Below, piece by piece: positions 44,041-53,033 of a stretch of DNA of 64,000 nucleotides; position 1 is the stretch's first letter, and every line of letters starts with the position of its first letter. The translations under genes were made by a program, and so were the position numbers. This DNA is from Planctomycetia bacterium (GTDB lineage Bacteria; Planctomycetota; Planctomycetia; Planctomycetales; Planctomycetaceae). The DNA lies in NCBI GenBank assembly GCA_016200145.1, contig JACQFH010000452.1:11692-75691 (forward strand). The letters run 5' to 3'. The notes under the pieces were generated by a model. The model saw nothing but the letters and a program-made list of their open reading frames with translations. It was not told where the DNA came from and ran no database searches.

Positions 44041-44925
44041 TCAGGCCCGCGCCGGCGGCGCGGAGGCCGGTGCGGGAGCTGAGGTCGTTGTCGCCGGCTT
44101 GCTCTTCATCGCCGTGTACAAGCGCCGGACGAACGCGTCGGCATCGAGCATCGCCGTCGCGGTGAACGACGAAATCCGGTTGCGGAACAAGGCGAAGAAA
44201 TAAATGGCCGGCACCGACAGGGCCACCCCTTCGAACGTGAGCACGAGGGCTTCCGAAATGTTGCCGGCGACCGCGCTGGCCTTGAGCTGCGTTCCCGAAA
44301 TGGCGATCTGCGAGAACGCCCCGATCATCCCTTTCAGCGTGCCCAACAGGCCGATCATGGGCCCCAGCGTGCCGAGCACCGCCAGCATGCTGATCTTGCG
44401 CTCGAGGTTGATCGTTTCCACTTCGCCGACGCGCTCCATGGCGTCGCGGGCTTCGGCGATGCCGTTGGGCAGTTCGGCGATCCCCGCGCTGGCCACTTTG
44501 CAGAAGTACGAATTGTCTCCCTTGAGCCGCTTGTAAAGGCCCGTAAAATCGCGCGACTGCATCAGTTTTTCAGATTCTTCGAGCGCTTCGAGGGGCGTCA
44601 GCACCTCGGGACGCAGCTCCATGAACATGCGGGCCGTCACGGCGACGAAATAAATCGACAAGAGCAGCAGCACGACGCCGATGAACCCCGAAACCTCGGC
44701 GACCCACAGCAGAAAGTTCTGTTCGCCCCCCTCGGGGGCGCCCTCCCCCTCGGCGGCCTTGCCGGCGTCTTTCTTCGGGGCGGCTTTTTCAGCCGCGGGC
44801 TCGTCGGCATCCGCCGCCGCGTCTTCCTGGGCGAGGGCGGCGCGGGGCGCCAGGGAAGAGCCGACGGCGACGACGACCAAACCGATCATCAGCCACCCCA
44901 GCAGGGCGTTCAAATGGTTCTTCAT
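44041..44925 (-). CDS. exbB: MotA/TolQ/ExbB proton-channel protein with N-terminal signal/periplasmic extension
   Basis: LAVLGTLGPMIGLLGTLKGMIGAF and ALVLTFEGVALSVPAIYFFALF are the conserved channel helices. Start taken at MKNHLN (44925). Confidence 0.85.
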   Translation of the reverse strand: MKNHLNALLGWLMIGLVVVAVGSSLAPRAALAQEDAAADADEPAAEKAAPKKDAGKAAEGEGAPEGGEQNFLLWVAEVSGFIGVVLLLLSIYFVAVTARMFMELRPEVLTPLEALEESEKLMQSRDFTGLYKRLKGDNSYFCKVASAGIAELPNGIAEARDAMERVGEVETINLERKISMLAVLGTLGPMIGLLGTLKGMIGAFSQIAISGTQLKASAVAGNISEALVLTFEGVALSVPAIYFFALFRNRISSFTATAMLDADAFVRRLYTAMKSKPATTTSAPAPASAPPARA

Positions 44926-45199
44926 GGGGAGGAGTCCTCTGTTTTCGATGAGGCGGTTTTCACACTGCGCGCGGCCACAAACCGGCACAGATTCAAGACG
45001 GCGGATCAGCGCACACGACATTTATGAAAGTGAAGAGACAGGGCCGCAACTCGCTCTCCTTCGATACTAGCCGGACCGGCGATGGACCGCAATATCCCCT
45101 GCCGAGGGCAGGGAGTACTGGGTTGCCTCTCACAACCGGCAAGCGTAGAGTTACAGGCAGTCTCTCCTGCATCCGGGCCCGCTCCATGGAGGCAATGCC

Positions 45200-46726
45200 A
45201 TGTTCCCCTCGGGTTCGCGTCGATCATTTCTCCAGTCCGCGGCCGGCGCCGCCATCCTGGGCCTGTCGGATCTGCGGTTCGTTTCCCAATTGCCCGTCGT
45301 TTCGGCCGACGAGGTTAAGTCGAAGCCTGACCTCGTCCGATTGCAGCCCGAGATCGAACCGCTCGTGAGGTTCCTGGAAGAGACGCCTCGCGAAAAGCTG
45401 ATTGACGAAACGATTGTCCGGATCAAGGGGGGTCTGTCGTATCAGGAGCTGCTGGCCGCGCTGTTTCTGGCAGGCGTGCGCAATGTCGAGCCGCGCCCCA
45501 GCGTGGGATTCAAGTTTCACGCCGTGCTCGTGGTGAACTCGGCCCACCTGGCAAGCCTGGCCTCTCCCGACCGCGAGCGCTGGCTGCCGATCCTGTGGGC
45601 GGTCGACCATTTCAAGGGGGCCCAGGCGCAGAACGTCAAGGAACGGGACGGCTGGCGGATGCCGGCGGTGAATGAAGCGGGCATGCCACCGGCGCATCGT
45701 GCGCGCGAAGCGTTTATCGACGCGATGGAACAATGGGACGCGGCGGCCGCCGACGTCGCCGTCGCGGCGCTCGTGCGCAACTCGGGGGCCGACGAAGTCT
45801 TCGAGCTGTTCAGCCGGTACGCACCCCGCGATTTTCGCTCGATCGGTCACAAGGCCATCTTCCTGGCCAATTCCCGCCGCACGCTCGATTGCATCGGCTG
45901 GCAGCACGCCGAGCCGGTGCTGCGGTCGCTGGCTTACGCGATGATGGCCAACGAAGGGAAAGACCCGCGGCAGGCCGATTCTCCGGCCGACCGGGCCGGC
46001 CGGCAGAACCGCGACCTGGCCACTCGCATCCAGCCCGAATGGCGCTCGGGGCGCATCGACGCCGGTGCGACGACCGAGTTCCTGGCGACCCTGCGGCAGG
46101 CTTCCGACCTCGACGCCGCCAAGGCCGCGGTCGATCTGCTCAACCGGGGCGTGGGGCCGCAGTCTCTGTGGGACGCGCTGTTCGACAGCGCCGGTGAAGT
46201 TCTACTCAGGCGGCCGGGAATCGTGGGGCTGCACGCCGTCACGACGACCAATGCGCTGCGCTACCTGTACGGGGCCGCGGCCGACGACGTCACGCGCCGC
46301 TGGATCCTGCTGCAGTGCGCGTCGTTCGTCCCCTCGTTCCGTGACGCCGCCGTGGCACGCGGCGGTTCGTCGAACGATGTGCTGGTCGACAAGCTCGAGC
46401 CGTTGCCGCTCGCGGCTCCGCAAGAGGCGGTCGCCGAGATCTGCGCCGACATCAGCCGCGACAAAATGACCGCGGCCCGCAAGGTGCTGACCTACGTCCG
46501 CACGAATCCGAAGCCGAAGCCGCTGCTCGACGCGGCGCGCTTGTTGATCTTCGCCAAGGGAAACGACGCGCACGACTACAAATTCAGCGCGGCGGTTCTC
46601 GAAGATTTCTATCACACCGGCCCGGAATGGCGCGACAAGTACCTGGCCGCGTGCGTCTTCAACCTGACCGGCTCCGGCGACCGCGACAACAGCCTGATGC
46701 AACGCGCGAAATCGGCGCTCTCGTAG
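45200..46726 (+). CDS. Tat-signal protein of unknown function (508 aa, mostly helical)
   Basis: MFPSGSRRSFLQSAAGAAILGLS is a twin-arginine leader. The rest is balanced protein-like sequence with no motif I recognise. Confidence 0.65.
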   Translation: MFPSGSRRSFLQSAAGAAILGLSDLRFVSQLPVVSADEVKSKPDLVRLQPEIEPLVRFLEETPREKLIDETIVRIKGGLSYQELLAALFLAGVRNVEPRPSVGFKFHAVLVVNSAHLASLASPDRERWLPILWAVDHFKGAQAQNVKERDGWRMPAVNEAGMPPAHRAREAFIDAMEQWDAAAADVAVAALVRNSGADEVFELFSRYAPRDFRSIGHKAIFLANSRRTLDCIGWQHAEPVLRSLAYAMMANEGKDPRQADSPADRAGRQNRDLATRIQPEWRSGRIDAGATTEFLATLRQASDLDAAKAAVDLLNRGVGPQSLWDALFDSAGEVLLRRPGIVGLHAVTTTNALRYLYGAAADDVTRRWILLQCASFVPSFRDAAVARGGSSNDVLVDKLEPLPLAAPQEAVAEICADISRDKMTAARKVLTYVRTNPKPKPLLDAARLLIFAKGNDAHDYKFSAAVLEDFYHTGPEWRDKYLAACVFNLTGSGDRDNSLMQRAKSALS

Positions 46727-46849
46727 GTCAGGCTTTCCGGCCCGACAGCGCTGGACGTCTGCAAAAGATTCCGGAACGACGGCCGGTGCCGCGACGAATT
46801 GGCGTCCGACGTCGTCGCGGCCATGAGGCACGGGGCGTCGAATCATTGC

Positions 46850-46905
46850 ACGCGACACAGAGCGTCGGGAAATGCGTTCCCACGCAGAGCGTGGGAACGA
46901 GAGCT
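46850..46905. repeat. GTTCCCACGC...GCGTGGGAAC hairpin repeat (translates as HAERGNE)
   Basis: gttcccacgcagagcgtgggaac forms a 10-bp stem, preceded by cacagagcgtcgggaaatgc. Intergenic. I recall this sequence type as a common planctomycete short repeat. Confidence 0.6.
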
Positions 46906-46908
46906 GGG

Positions 46909-49245
46909 TTACTGATCCGCAACAACTCGGTGGGGAAGTTTCTCGATATTTCCGGCGGCGTCTTCGGCGTGGGCGGCGATTGTTTCCCGTGGTTGCGGCG
47001 CGGAGTCCAGTTCGATTTCCCACGTGGCGAAGTTCGGCGACAGCGCACGGGCTTCGCGGCCATTGACGACGACTCGTTTCACTTCGCCATTGTCGCTGCA
47101 CGTTCCCAGCACGTGCCGTTTGCCGTTCTGAATTCGAACGTGCGTCACGACGGTGGCCGGGGGCAGATCGTCGACCGGATCGAGCGGTTGCGGGAACTCG
47201 ACGTTGGACACCTCGGCCACGCGCGACTCGTCGCCGGTCAGCGGCGGCTCGGCATGGAATGCCTCGGGGCGGGCCTTGTACTCGGGCGAGCGGGTGCTCA
47301 CGATCAGCGCGTCACGACCCGGGCCGAACCAGCCGTGCACGTAGACCGGCACTCCCTTTTCGGTCTTCGGCTGCGGACGCGGGCCGCCTCCCAGATTTAC
47401 GATCGCCTTGTCGCGGCTGTTGTCTTTCCAGTTAAGCACCTCGACGCGGCGGAAGTGCGAGACGGCGTTGCCCGACGCATTGTCGTCCGAAATCTGAATG
47501 AGGGGCATCCGGCCCGAGCCGCAATTGTCGAATGTCAGGCCGTCGACTGTCAGCACGCCGTGCTGCACGCTGTCGTCGTCGTGTCCGCGGTTGAAAGGCT
47601 CGGTACTCGTCTGGAGTATCGTGACGTTGCGGTAAACGTGGTTATCGAAGTTCGGGTGATAGACGCCGTAGTGCGATCGAATGGTCATGTTTTCGACGTG
47701 CAGCGAGGGGACCTGCGGCCGAAAACCGTAATGGACGTGCCAGATCTTCGTGTTGCGCACGACAAAGGGATGCCGCGTGTCGGGCCCTACGCGCCGCACT
47801 CCTTCGCCCAGATTGATCCCATACAACCCCTGGCTGCTGTGAACTTCGTTGTCGTCGAAGCGCACGAACGGCAATGTGCGGATATCGACGTCGGCGTTGC
47901 TGCCATCGGGCTGCATGACAGGCAGAACCAGCCTGGTCTCGCTGGTCGGCGTGGCCTCGTAGCGAAATCCGTAAGTGCCGTTGGCCGCGGCCACGTTGCG
48001 CGTGAACGTATTGAGACTGTTGGCCCACCAGAAACCGGCCCCTTCGTTCTGGTCGAACGGCAGCACCTGTTTGGGCAGCTTTTTCCCGGGCTGGGCCGCG
48101 ACCGCCAGGTTGCGGTCGAGCACGTTATAGACCTCGGTGCCGTCCTCCAGAAAGAACCCATGCCCGACGCTGCGGTAACCCACGCAGTCGCGGACCACGA
48201 GGTAATTCGTGCCGTGGATCGTCAACCAGCGGTTGTGGCTGTCGTGAATCGACGCGCCGATCACCGAGCTCCCGCGCATCGTCGAGCCGACCAGGTGGAA
48301 ATGCAGGCTGTAGCGCCCCAGCGTGTCTTTCTTGCCGAGGTGCCGGAACTCGGCGTAGCTGATCGACCCGGCCGAATAGCGATGATACATCGTGTGCCCG
48401 CGTTCGCCGGCGGGGTCGGCCGACTCGACGACCACGTTGCGACTGAGGTTGGCGATCTCTCCCCGGAATTCGCCTTCTCCCAGGTGGTCATAGGCCAGCG
48501 GCTCGTCGAACTGCAGGCTGTTCCCCGCAATGGCGGAGATGGTGCGCTGCTCGGTGACGTTTTCTCGATTCTCGCCGAACTTCGTCGCGGTGACGATGAT
48601 CGCGTCGCCGACCTTCCAGCCGGTGACCGGCTCCGACAACGTGACCTCTTTCGCGCCCTTTGCGGCCGACGCGCCGAGCTTCACCCACGTGCGACTGAGA
48701 GGGGCCCCGTGGAAATCCATCCGGCCCGCGCAGCAGACGATCGCGGGGCACGATTCTTTCTTCATACCGGCAATGTAGGTCAGCCGAATCAGGGCCCGGG
48801 CATCGGCCGCGATGGGCCGGTCGGGGGTTCCGACGACCAGCGCCGCTCTGGGCCGGCCGGCATCGGGTTCCTCAATGTGGGCTTCGCAATCGAAGCCTTC
48901 TTCGTCGGTGCTCTCGCTGTCTTCGATTTTGATCAGGCCGACATTTAGTCGCGTGGATTTGTCGTTCGCGAATGTGACCGTTCCGGCGATGTGCAGCGAG
49001 CGGATGACGAGCGAATCGGGAGCGTCGACGTCGTAGGTCACGACGTGGCCGGGCCGAACCAGGACTTTCATTCCTGCCGCGGGCGCGCGGCCCCCGTCCC
49101 ATGTCGCGCCGTCGGACCAGGCCCCCGAGCGGGCGCTGCGAACGACTGGGATGTCAGCCGGACTCCCCTGGTCTGCCCGGCAGACGCCCGCGGCGCAGCA
49201 GAGAGTGAGAATCGCGGGCAGAAGGACCGTGAACTGACGGAGCAT
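46909..49245 (-). CDS. Secreted G8-domain / parallel beta-helix protein
   Basis: Signal peptide MLRQFTVLLPAILTLCCAAGVCRA. G8-like WSDGATWDGGRAPAAGMKVLVRPGHVVTYD, then a long region with beta-helix-like repeats (GHGFFLEDG; NVAAANGTYGF...). Confidence 0.75.
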   Translation of the reverse strand: MLRQFTVLLPAILTLCCAAGVCRADQGSPADIPVVRSARSGAWSDGATWDGGRAPAAGMKVLVRPGHVVTYDVDAPDSLVIRSLHIAGTVTFANDKSTRLNVGLIKIEDSESTDEEGFDCEAHIEEPDAGRPRAALVVGTPDRPIAADARALIRLTYIAGMKKESCPAIVCCAGRMDFHGAPLSRTWVKLGASAAKGAKEVTLSEPVTGWKVGDAIIVTATKFGENRENVTEQRTISAIAGNSLQFDEPLAYDHLGEGEFRGEIANLSRNVVVESADPAGERGHTMYHRYSAGSISYAEFRHLGKKDTLGRYSLHFHLVGSTMRGSSVIGASIHDSHNRWLTIHGTNYLVVRDCVGYRSVGHGFFLEDGTEVYNVLDRNLAVAAQPGKKLPKQVLPFDQNEGAGFWWANSLNTFTRNVAAANGTYGFRYEATPTSETRLVLPVMQPDGSNADVDIRTLPFVRFDDNEVHSSQGLYGINLGEGVRRVGPDTRHPFVVRNTKIWHVHYGFRPQVPSLHVENMTIRSHYGVYHPNFDNHVYRNVTILQTSTEPFNRGHDDDSVQHGVLTVDGLTFDNCGSGRMPLIQISDDNASGNAVSHFRRVEVLNWKDNSRDKAIVNLGGGPRPQPKTEKGVPVYVHGWFGPGRDALIVSTRSPEYKARPEAFHAEPPLTGDESRVAEVSNVEFPQPLDPVDDLPPATVVTHVRIQNGKRHVLGTCSDNGEVKRVVVNGREARALSPNFATWEIELDSAPQPRETIAAHAEDAAGNIEKLPHRVVADQ

Positions 49246-49758
49246 AAAGAATCCTCCTGGGGCAAATCCGGCAAGATCTGGAACAGGCGACCTTTCGGCA
49301 TCCTATCGTATCGTCCACATCACCGCACCACTCTCGCCTTCCCCCCACCGCGCGACCGCGGGTAAAATCCCCGCATGGACGACGCAATTCTCGACGCTGT
49401 CAGTTGCAGTTGGCTTCAGCCATTCGCACTTCCCACTCTCTTGGTCTTGTTTGCGCTGCGAAAGTGGATGCACGAAACTGGAATCGACGACTGGAATCGA
49501 CGCGTGTAGCGCCTGACCATCATCCCGCCAGCGACTCGATGATGATTTTCTGCAATGCGTCGCGTGCACAGGCTGCGCGGTCGTAACGGTCTGCGCGGAT
49601 TTGGCGACTGCGGCAGCGACGACATGGCGAATTCCACCAGCCCCTTGCCTGATTTCGAAGCGGGTGATTCTGCACGAGCTAAATTTGTAGGAATCGGCAA
49701 GGCAGATTTCTGCGGCTGGTTTCGGGCCTGCAGGAGCTCCACGGTGTCTGAAGCAGTC

Positions 49759-51135
49759 ATGTCGGTCGGAGAGCCGCACGCGAGCTCGCCGGCCCGGAAT
49801 TCGCATTCGCCAGACGATGCGCATGCGGCGGGCCACGGCGTTGCGTTCACGGTCGACAATCTGGTCGTGGGGCGGCGAATTCGCTTTCCGATTTTCGATC
49901 AGGGCGGAATCCTGCTTCTGGCGGCGGGGTCGGTGATCAACCCGCGCTTCAAGGAACTGCTGGCGTCGCGGGGACTTCGCGAAGTCTTTCTCAACCCGGC
50001 CGACGTGCTGGGGATGGCAGCAGCGGATTCGCGCCAGACCGGCTCCCCGGCTGCAATCACGTTTGATTTCGCGACGTTCCAGCCGCTCGAGGAGTTAATC
50101 GATTCGCGGCGCCTGTTCATGGAGGATACAGGCCCGAAATTCAAAGATCGCATCCTGCAACAGGGATGCACGGGCTTCAATCCCGAGCAGCAGGACTTGC
50201 TCGTCCGGAAGCACACCGAAGCCTGCTGGCGCCTCGACAGAATGATCAAGGCCGTCTCCCGGGGCAACCCGCCCGATATTGAGGAGATTGCAACCATCGT
50301 CTCGGATCATCTCGTCTACCTGGTGGCCGACAGCGACTGCGTCATCGACATCCTGGCCCGCAGAAATGACTACGCCGGCGTCGCCCAGCACTGCCTGCAG
50401 ATGTCTCTGCTGGGAATGATCATGGCGATCGAGGCCGGCATGAGCGAGAACGACATTCGCCTCGTCGGACTGTGCGGGCTGGTTCACGACTGGGGCATCA
50501 CCTACGTCCCCGAGCACATTCGCAACGCCGATCACGTGCTCACCCAGATCGAGTTTCTGGAAATTCAGAAGCACCCGATCTATACGCTCGATCTGCTGCA
50601 CCAGATCAAGGGCATTCACCCGCAGGCGCCGATCGTCTGTTATCAGGTTCACGAGCGGCCGAACGGCACGGGCTATCCGCGGGGCCGCTGGGGCAGCAGC
50701 ATCCATCGCTGCGCGCGGATCCTGCACGTCGCCGACGCCTACACCGCACTGCTGTCGCCCAGGCCGTTCCGGCGCGCGCTCGACCCGTATGCCGTTCTCG
50801 AATACCTGATTCGCCAGGCGGCCGAGCGAATGGTCGACGCCGAAGCGGTCCGCACGCTGCTGTACGTCGTGTCGCAGTTCCCGATCGGCTCGTCGGTGCA
50901 GTTGAGCGATGGCCGCCAGGCCCGCGTCGTGCGCCGCAACGGCAACAACTACAGTTCGCCGATCGTGCAGATCGTGCAGAACGCCGACGGCACGCCGGCG
51001 GACGCCAGCGACACCTCGCAGATCATCGACCCTTCACAGCACCAGTTGACGATCACCAAGGTCCTGCCCACTGAAGGGCACTTCGATATCGAGGCGAGCC
51101 GCGAATCGGTCGTTCTCAATCGCGAACGCGAATAA
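49759..51135 (+). CDS. HD-GYP domain cyclic-di-GMP phosphodiesterase-like protein
   Basis: GLVHDWGITYVP (HD), HPIYTLDLL, and HERPNGTGYPRG (GYP). The N-terminal region is DUF3391-like. The start is uncertain (49555, 49624 or 49759). Confidence 0.8.
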   Translation: MSVGEPHASSPARNSHSPDDAHAAGHGVAFTVDNLVVGRRIRFPIFDQGGILLLAAGSVINPRFKELLASRGLREVFLNPADVLGMAAADSRQTGSPAAITFDFATFQPLEELIDSRRLFMEDTGPKFKDRILQQGCTGFNPEQQDLLVRKHTEACWRLDRMIKAVSRGNPPDIEEIATIVSDHLVYLVADSDCVIDILARRNDYAGVAQHCLQMSLLGMIMAIEAGMSENDIRLVGLCGLVHDWGITYVPEHIRNADHVLTQIEFLEIQKHPIYTLDLLHQIKGIHPQAPIVCYQVHERPNGTGYPRGRWGSSIHRCARILHVADAYTALLSPRPFRRALDPYAVLEYLIRQAAERMVDAEAVRTLLYVVSQFPIGSSVQLSDGRQARVVRRNGNNYSSPIVQIVQNADGTPADASDTSQIIDPSQHQLTITKVLPTEGHFDIEASRESVVLNRERE

Positions 51136-51173
51136 GGCGCCCGGCACCGTCCGCCGCCGGGCCTCGCCCTGGC

Positions 51174-51230
51174 AGCCCGACGCGTCAGCGAGGGATGTGT
51201 TGACAGAGCCCCTCGCTGACGCGTCGGGCT
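51174..51230. repeat. 21-bp perfect inverted repeat hairpin (ACGCGTCAGCGAGGG type)
   Basis: agcccgacgcgtcagcgaggg (51174-51194) pairs with ccctcgctgacgcgtcgggct (51210-51230) across a 15-nt loop, 39 nt after the HD-GYP stop. It could act as a terminator. Confidence 0.75.
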
Positions 51231-51595
51231 ACCTTCAGCAATTTTCCGTCCGCATCTCTGTGCCCTCGGTGCCCTCACCCGTTCTGGTTCCGGCCAAAGC
51301 CGGGCGGACGCGCCGCGTCCCTGCGCAATTGCGATCAGGCCCCCCCGGATGTCCGGGTGGACCCGCGTGAGACCGATCACTGGTAATTTCGTCAGATTCG
51401 ATACGCCCGGCGATGATTCCACGCGGTAAGTTCCCACCCGGCCAGAATTGCGTTCCGCGGCCGCTCGGCAGGAATTCGGTGTTACACTTCATTACGCTCA
51501 ATTTTGGATCGTATTGCGCGCGATCGTCGCGGCAATTTCGCCGTAAAACACGTATAATCTCCTGCACGCCTCACAGAGAATTCCCCAGGGAACCT

Positions 51596-52999
51596 ATGCA
51601 AAACGCCGTGGAGTCGACGAACACCATGAAGAGCGATTTCGAGACCGCCGTGGCCGCCAAACGCGAACCGCGATTCAGCGCTGCGTGCCACTTGCTGCTC
51701 GGCGCCGTGCAGCAGAAAACGGCCGCGGTCGGCGTGATCGGCCTGGGCTACGTCGGCCTGCCGCTGGCGAACCTGTTTCACCAGAAGGGCTTCCGCGTGT
51801 TCGGCTTCGACATCGACCAGCGCAAGGTCGACGCGCTCAATGCCGGGAAGAGCTACATCGGCCACATTCCGTGCGAACGGGTCGCCGAGCTGATGGCCGA
51901 CGGACGCTTCGTGCCCACCGCCGACTTCGCCCGGATCCGCGAGGCCGACACGATTTCGATCTGCGTTCCGACGCCGCTCGACGACTATCGTGAACCCGAT
52001 CTGTCGTTCATTGAATCGACGGGCCGGAACATCGCGCCGTACCTGCGCAAAGGCCAGCTCGTCGTGCTCGAGAGCACGACGTATCCGGGAACGACCAAGG
52101 AAGTTTTGCAGCCGATTCTCGAAGCGGGCAGCGGCCTGCGGGCCGGCGAAGACTTCTTCCTGGCGTACAGCCCTGAACGTGAAGATCCGGGCAATCCGAA
52201 CTTCTCGACCTCGACGATTCCGAAGGTCGTAGGCGGAATGGACGCCGAATCGCTGGCGGTCGCCGTGGCCCTCTACGAGCAGGCCGCCGCGAAGGTCGTG
52301 CCCGTGTCGTCGATGGAAGTCGCCGAGGCGTGCAAGATCCTCGAAAACACTTACCGCGCCGTAAACATCGCTCTTGTCAACGAGATGAAGGTGCTGTTCG
52401 ACCGGATGCAGCTCAGCGTCTGGGAAGTGATCGACGCCGCCAAGACGAAGCCCTTCGGGTTTCAGGCGTTCTATCCGGGGCCGGGCCTGGGCGGACACTG
52501 CATTCCCATCGACCCGTTTTACCTCACGTGGCTGGCCCGCCGATATGGCCTCAACACGCGGTTCATCGAGCTGGCCGGCGAAGTGAACGCCAAAATGCCG
52601 GCGTACGTCGTCGACCAGGTGATGCGGGGCCTGAACCGCGCCGGCCGTGCCGTGCATGGCGCGAAAATCGCTATCATCGGAATCGCCTACAAGAAAGACG
52701 TGGACGACCCGCGCGAATCGCCGGCCTTCGAGATCATCGAAGAGCTGCTGCACCTGGGGGCCGACCTGTCGTACCACGACCCGCACATCCCGCACCTGCC
52801 GAAGATGCGCAAGCACGACTTGCGGCTGTCGAGCCAGGACCTGACGACCGAATACCTGAGCGCGCAGGACTGCGTGCTGATCGTCACCGATCACACGGCA
52901 GTCGACTGGAACCTCGTGCTGAAATCGTCGCGACTGGTCGTCGACCCGCGGAACGCTCTGGGCAAAACGCCCGGCAGCCACGAGCACGTGATCAATTAG
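51596..52999 (+). CDS. Nucleotide-sugar (UDP-N-acetyl-hexosamine) dehydrogenase, UDP-glucose/GDP-mannose dehydrogenase family
   Basis: VGVIGLGYVGLPLANLF (NAD Rossmann), FLAYSPERE, catalytic GLGGHCIPIDP, and AYKKDVDDPRESPA. Start taken at MQNAVE. Confidence 0.85.
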   Translation: MQNAVESTNTMKSDFETAVAAKREPRFSAACHLLLGAVQQKTAAVGVIGLGYVGLPLANLFHQKGFRVFGFDIDQRKVDALNAGKSYIGHIPCERVAELMADGRFVPTADFARIREADTISICVPTPLDDYREPDLSFIESTGRNIAPYLRKGQLVVLESTTYPGTTKEVLQPILEAGSGLRAGEDFFLAYSPEREDPGNPNFSTSTIPKVVGGMDAESLAVAVALYEQAAAKVVPVSSMEVAEACKILENTYRAVNIALVNEMKVLFDRMQLSVWEVIDAAKTKPFGFQAFYPGPGLGGHCIPIDPFYLTWLARRYGLNTRFIELAGEVNAKMPAYVVDQVMRGLNRAGRAVHGAKIAIIGIAYKKDVDDPRESPAFEIIEELLHLGADLSYHDPHIPHLPKMRKHDLRLSSQDLTTEYLSAQDCVLIVTDHTAVDWNLVLKSSRLVVDPRNALGKTPGSHEHVIN

Positions 53000-53033
53000 G
53001 GGGCGATTTCGCCGGCGGATGCACCCAGGGGAC

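Noticed and set aside
46627-48948. A 773-aa plus-strand ORF. Similar long antisense ORFs include 94..1257, 3961..5160, 6355..7164, 9356..10945, 11300..12970, 15665..17269, 24204..25295, 40508..41854, 51482..53272, 57707..58795 and 60094..61053.
   Set aside because: Each lies antisense to a gene with clear family motifs. Their translations are Arg/Gly/Pro/Val/Asp-rich low-information sequence, typical of stop-poor frames in GC-rich DNA.
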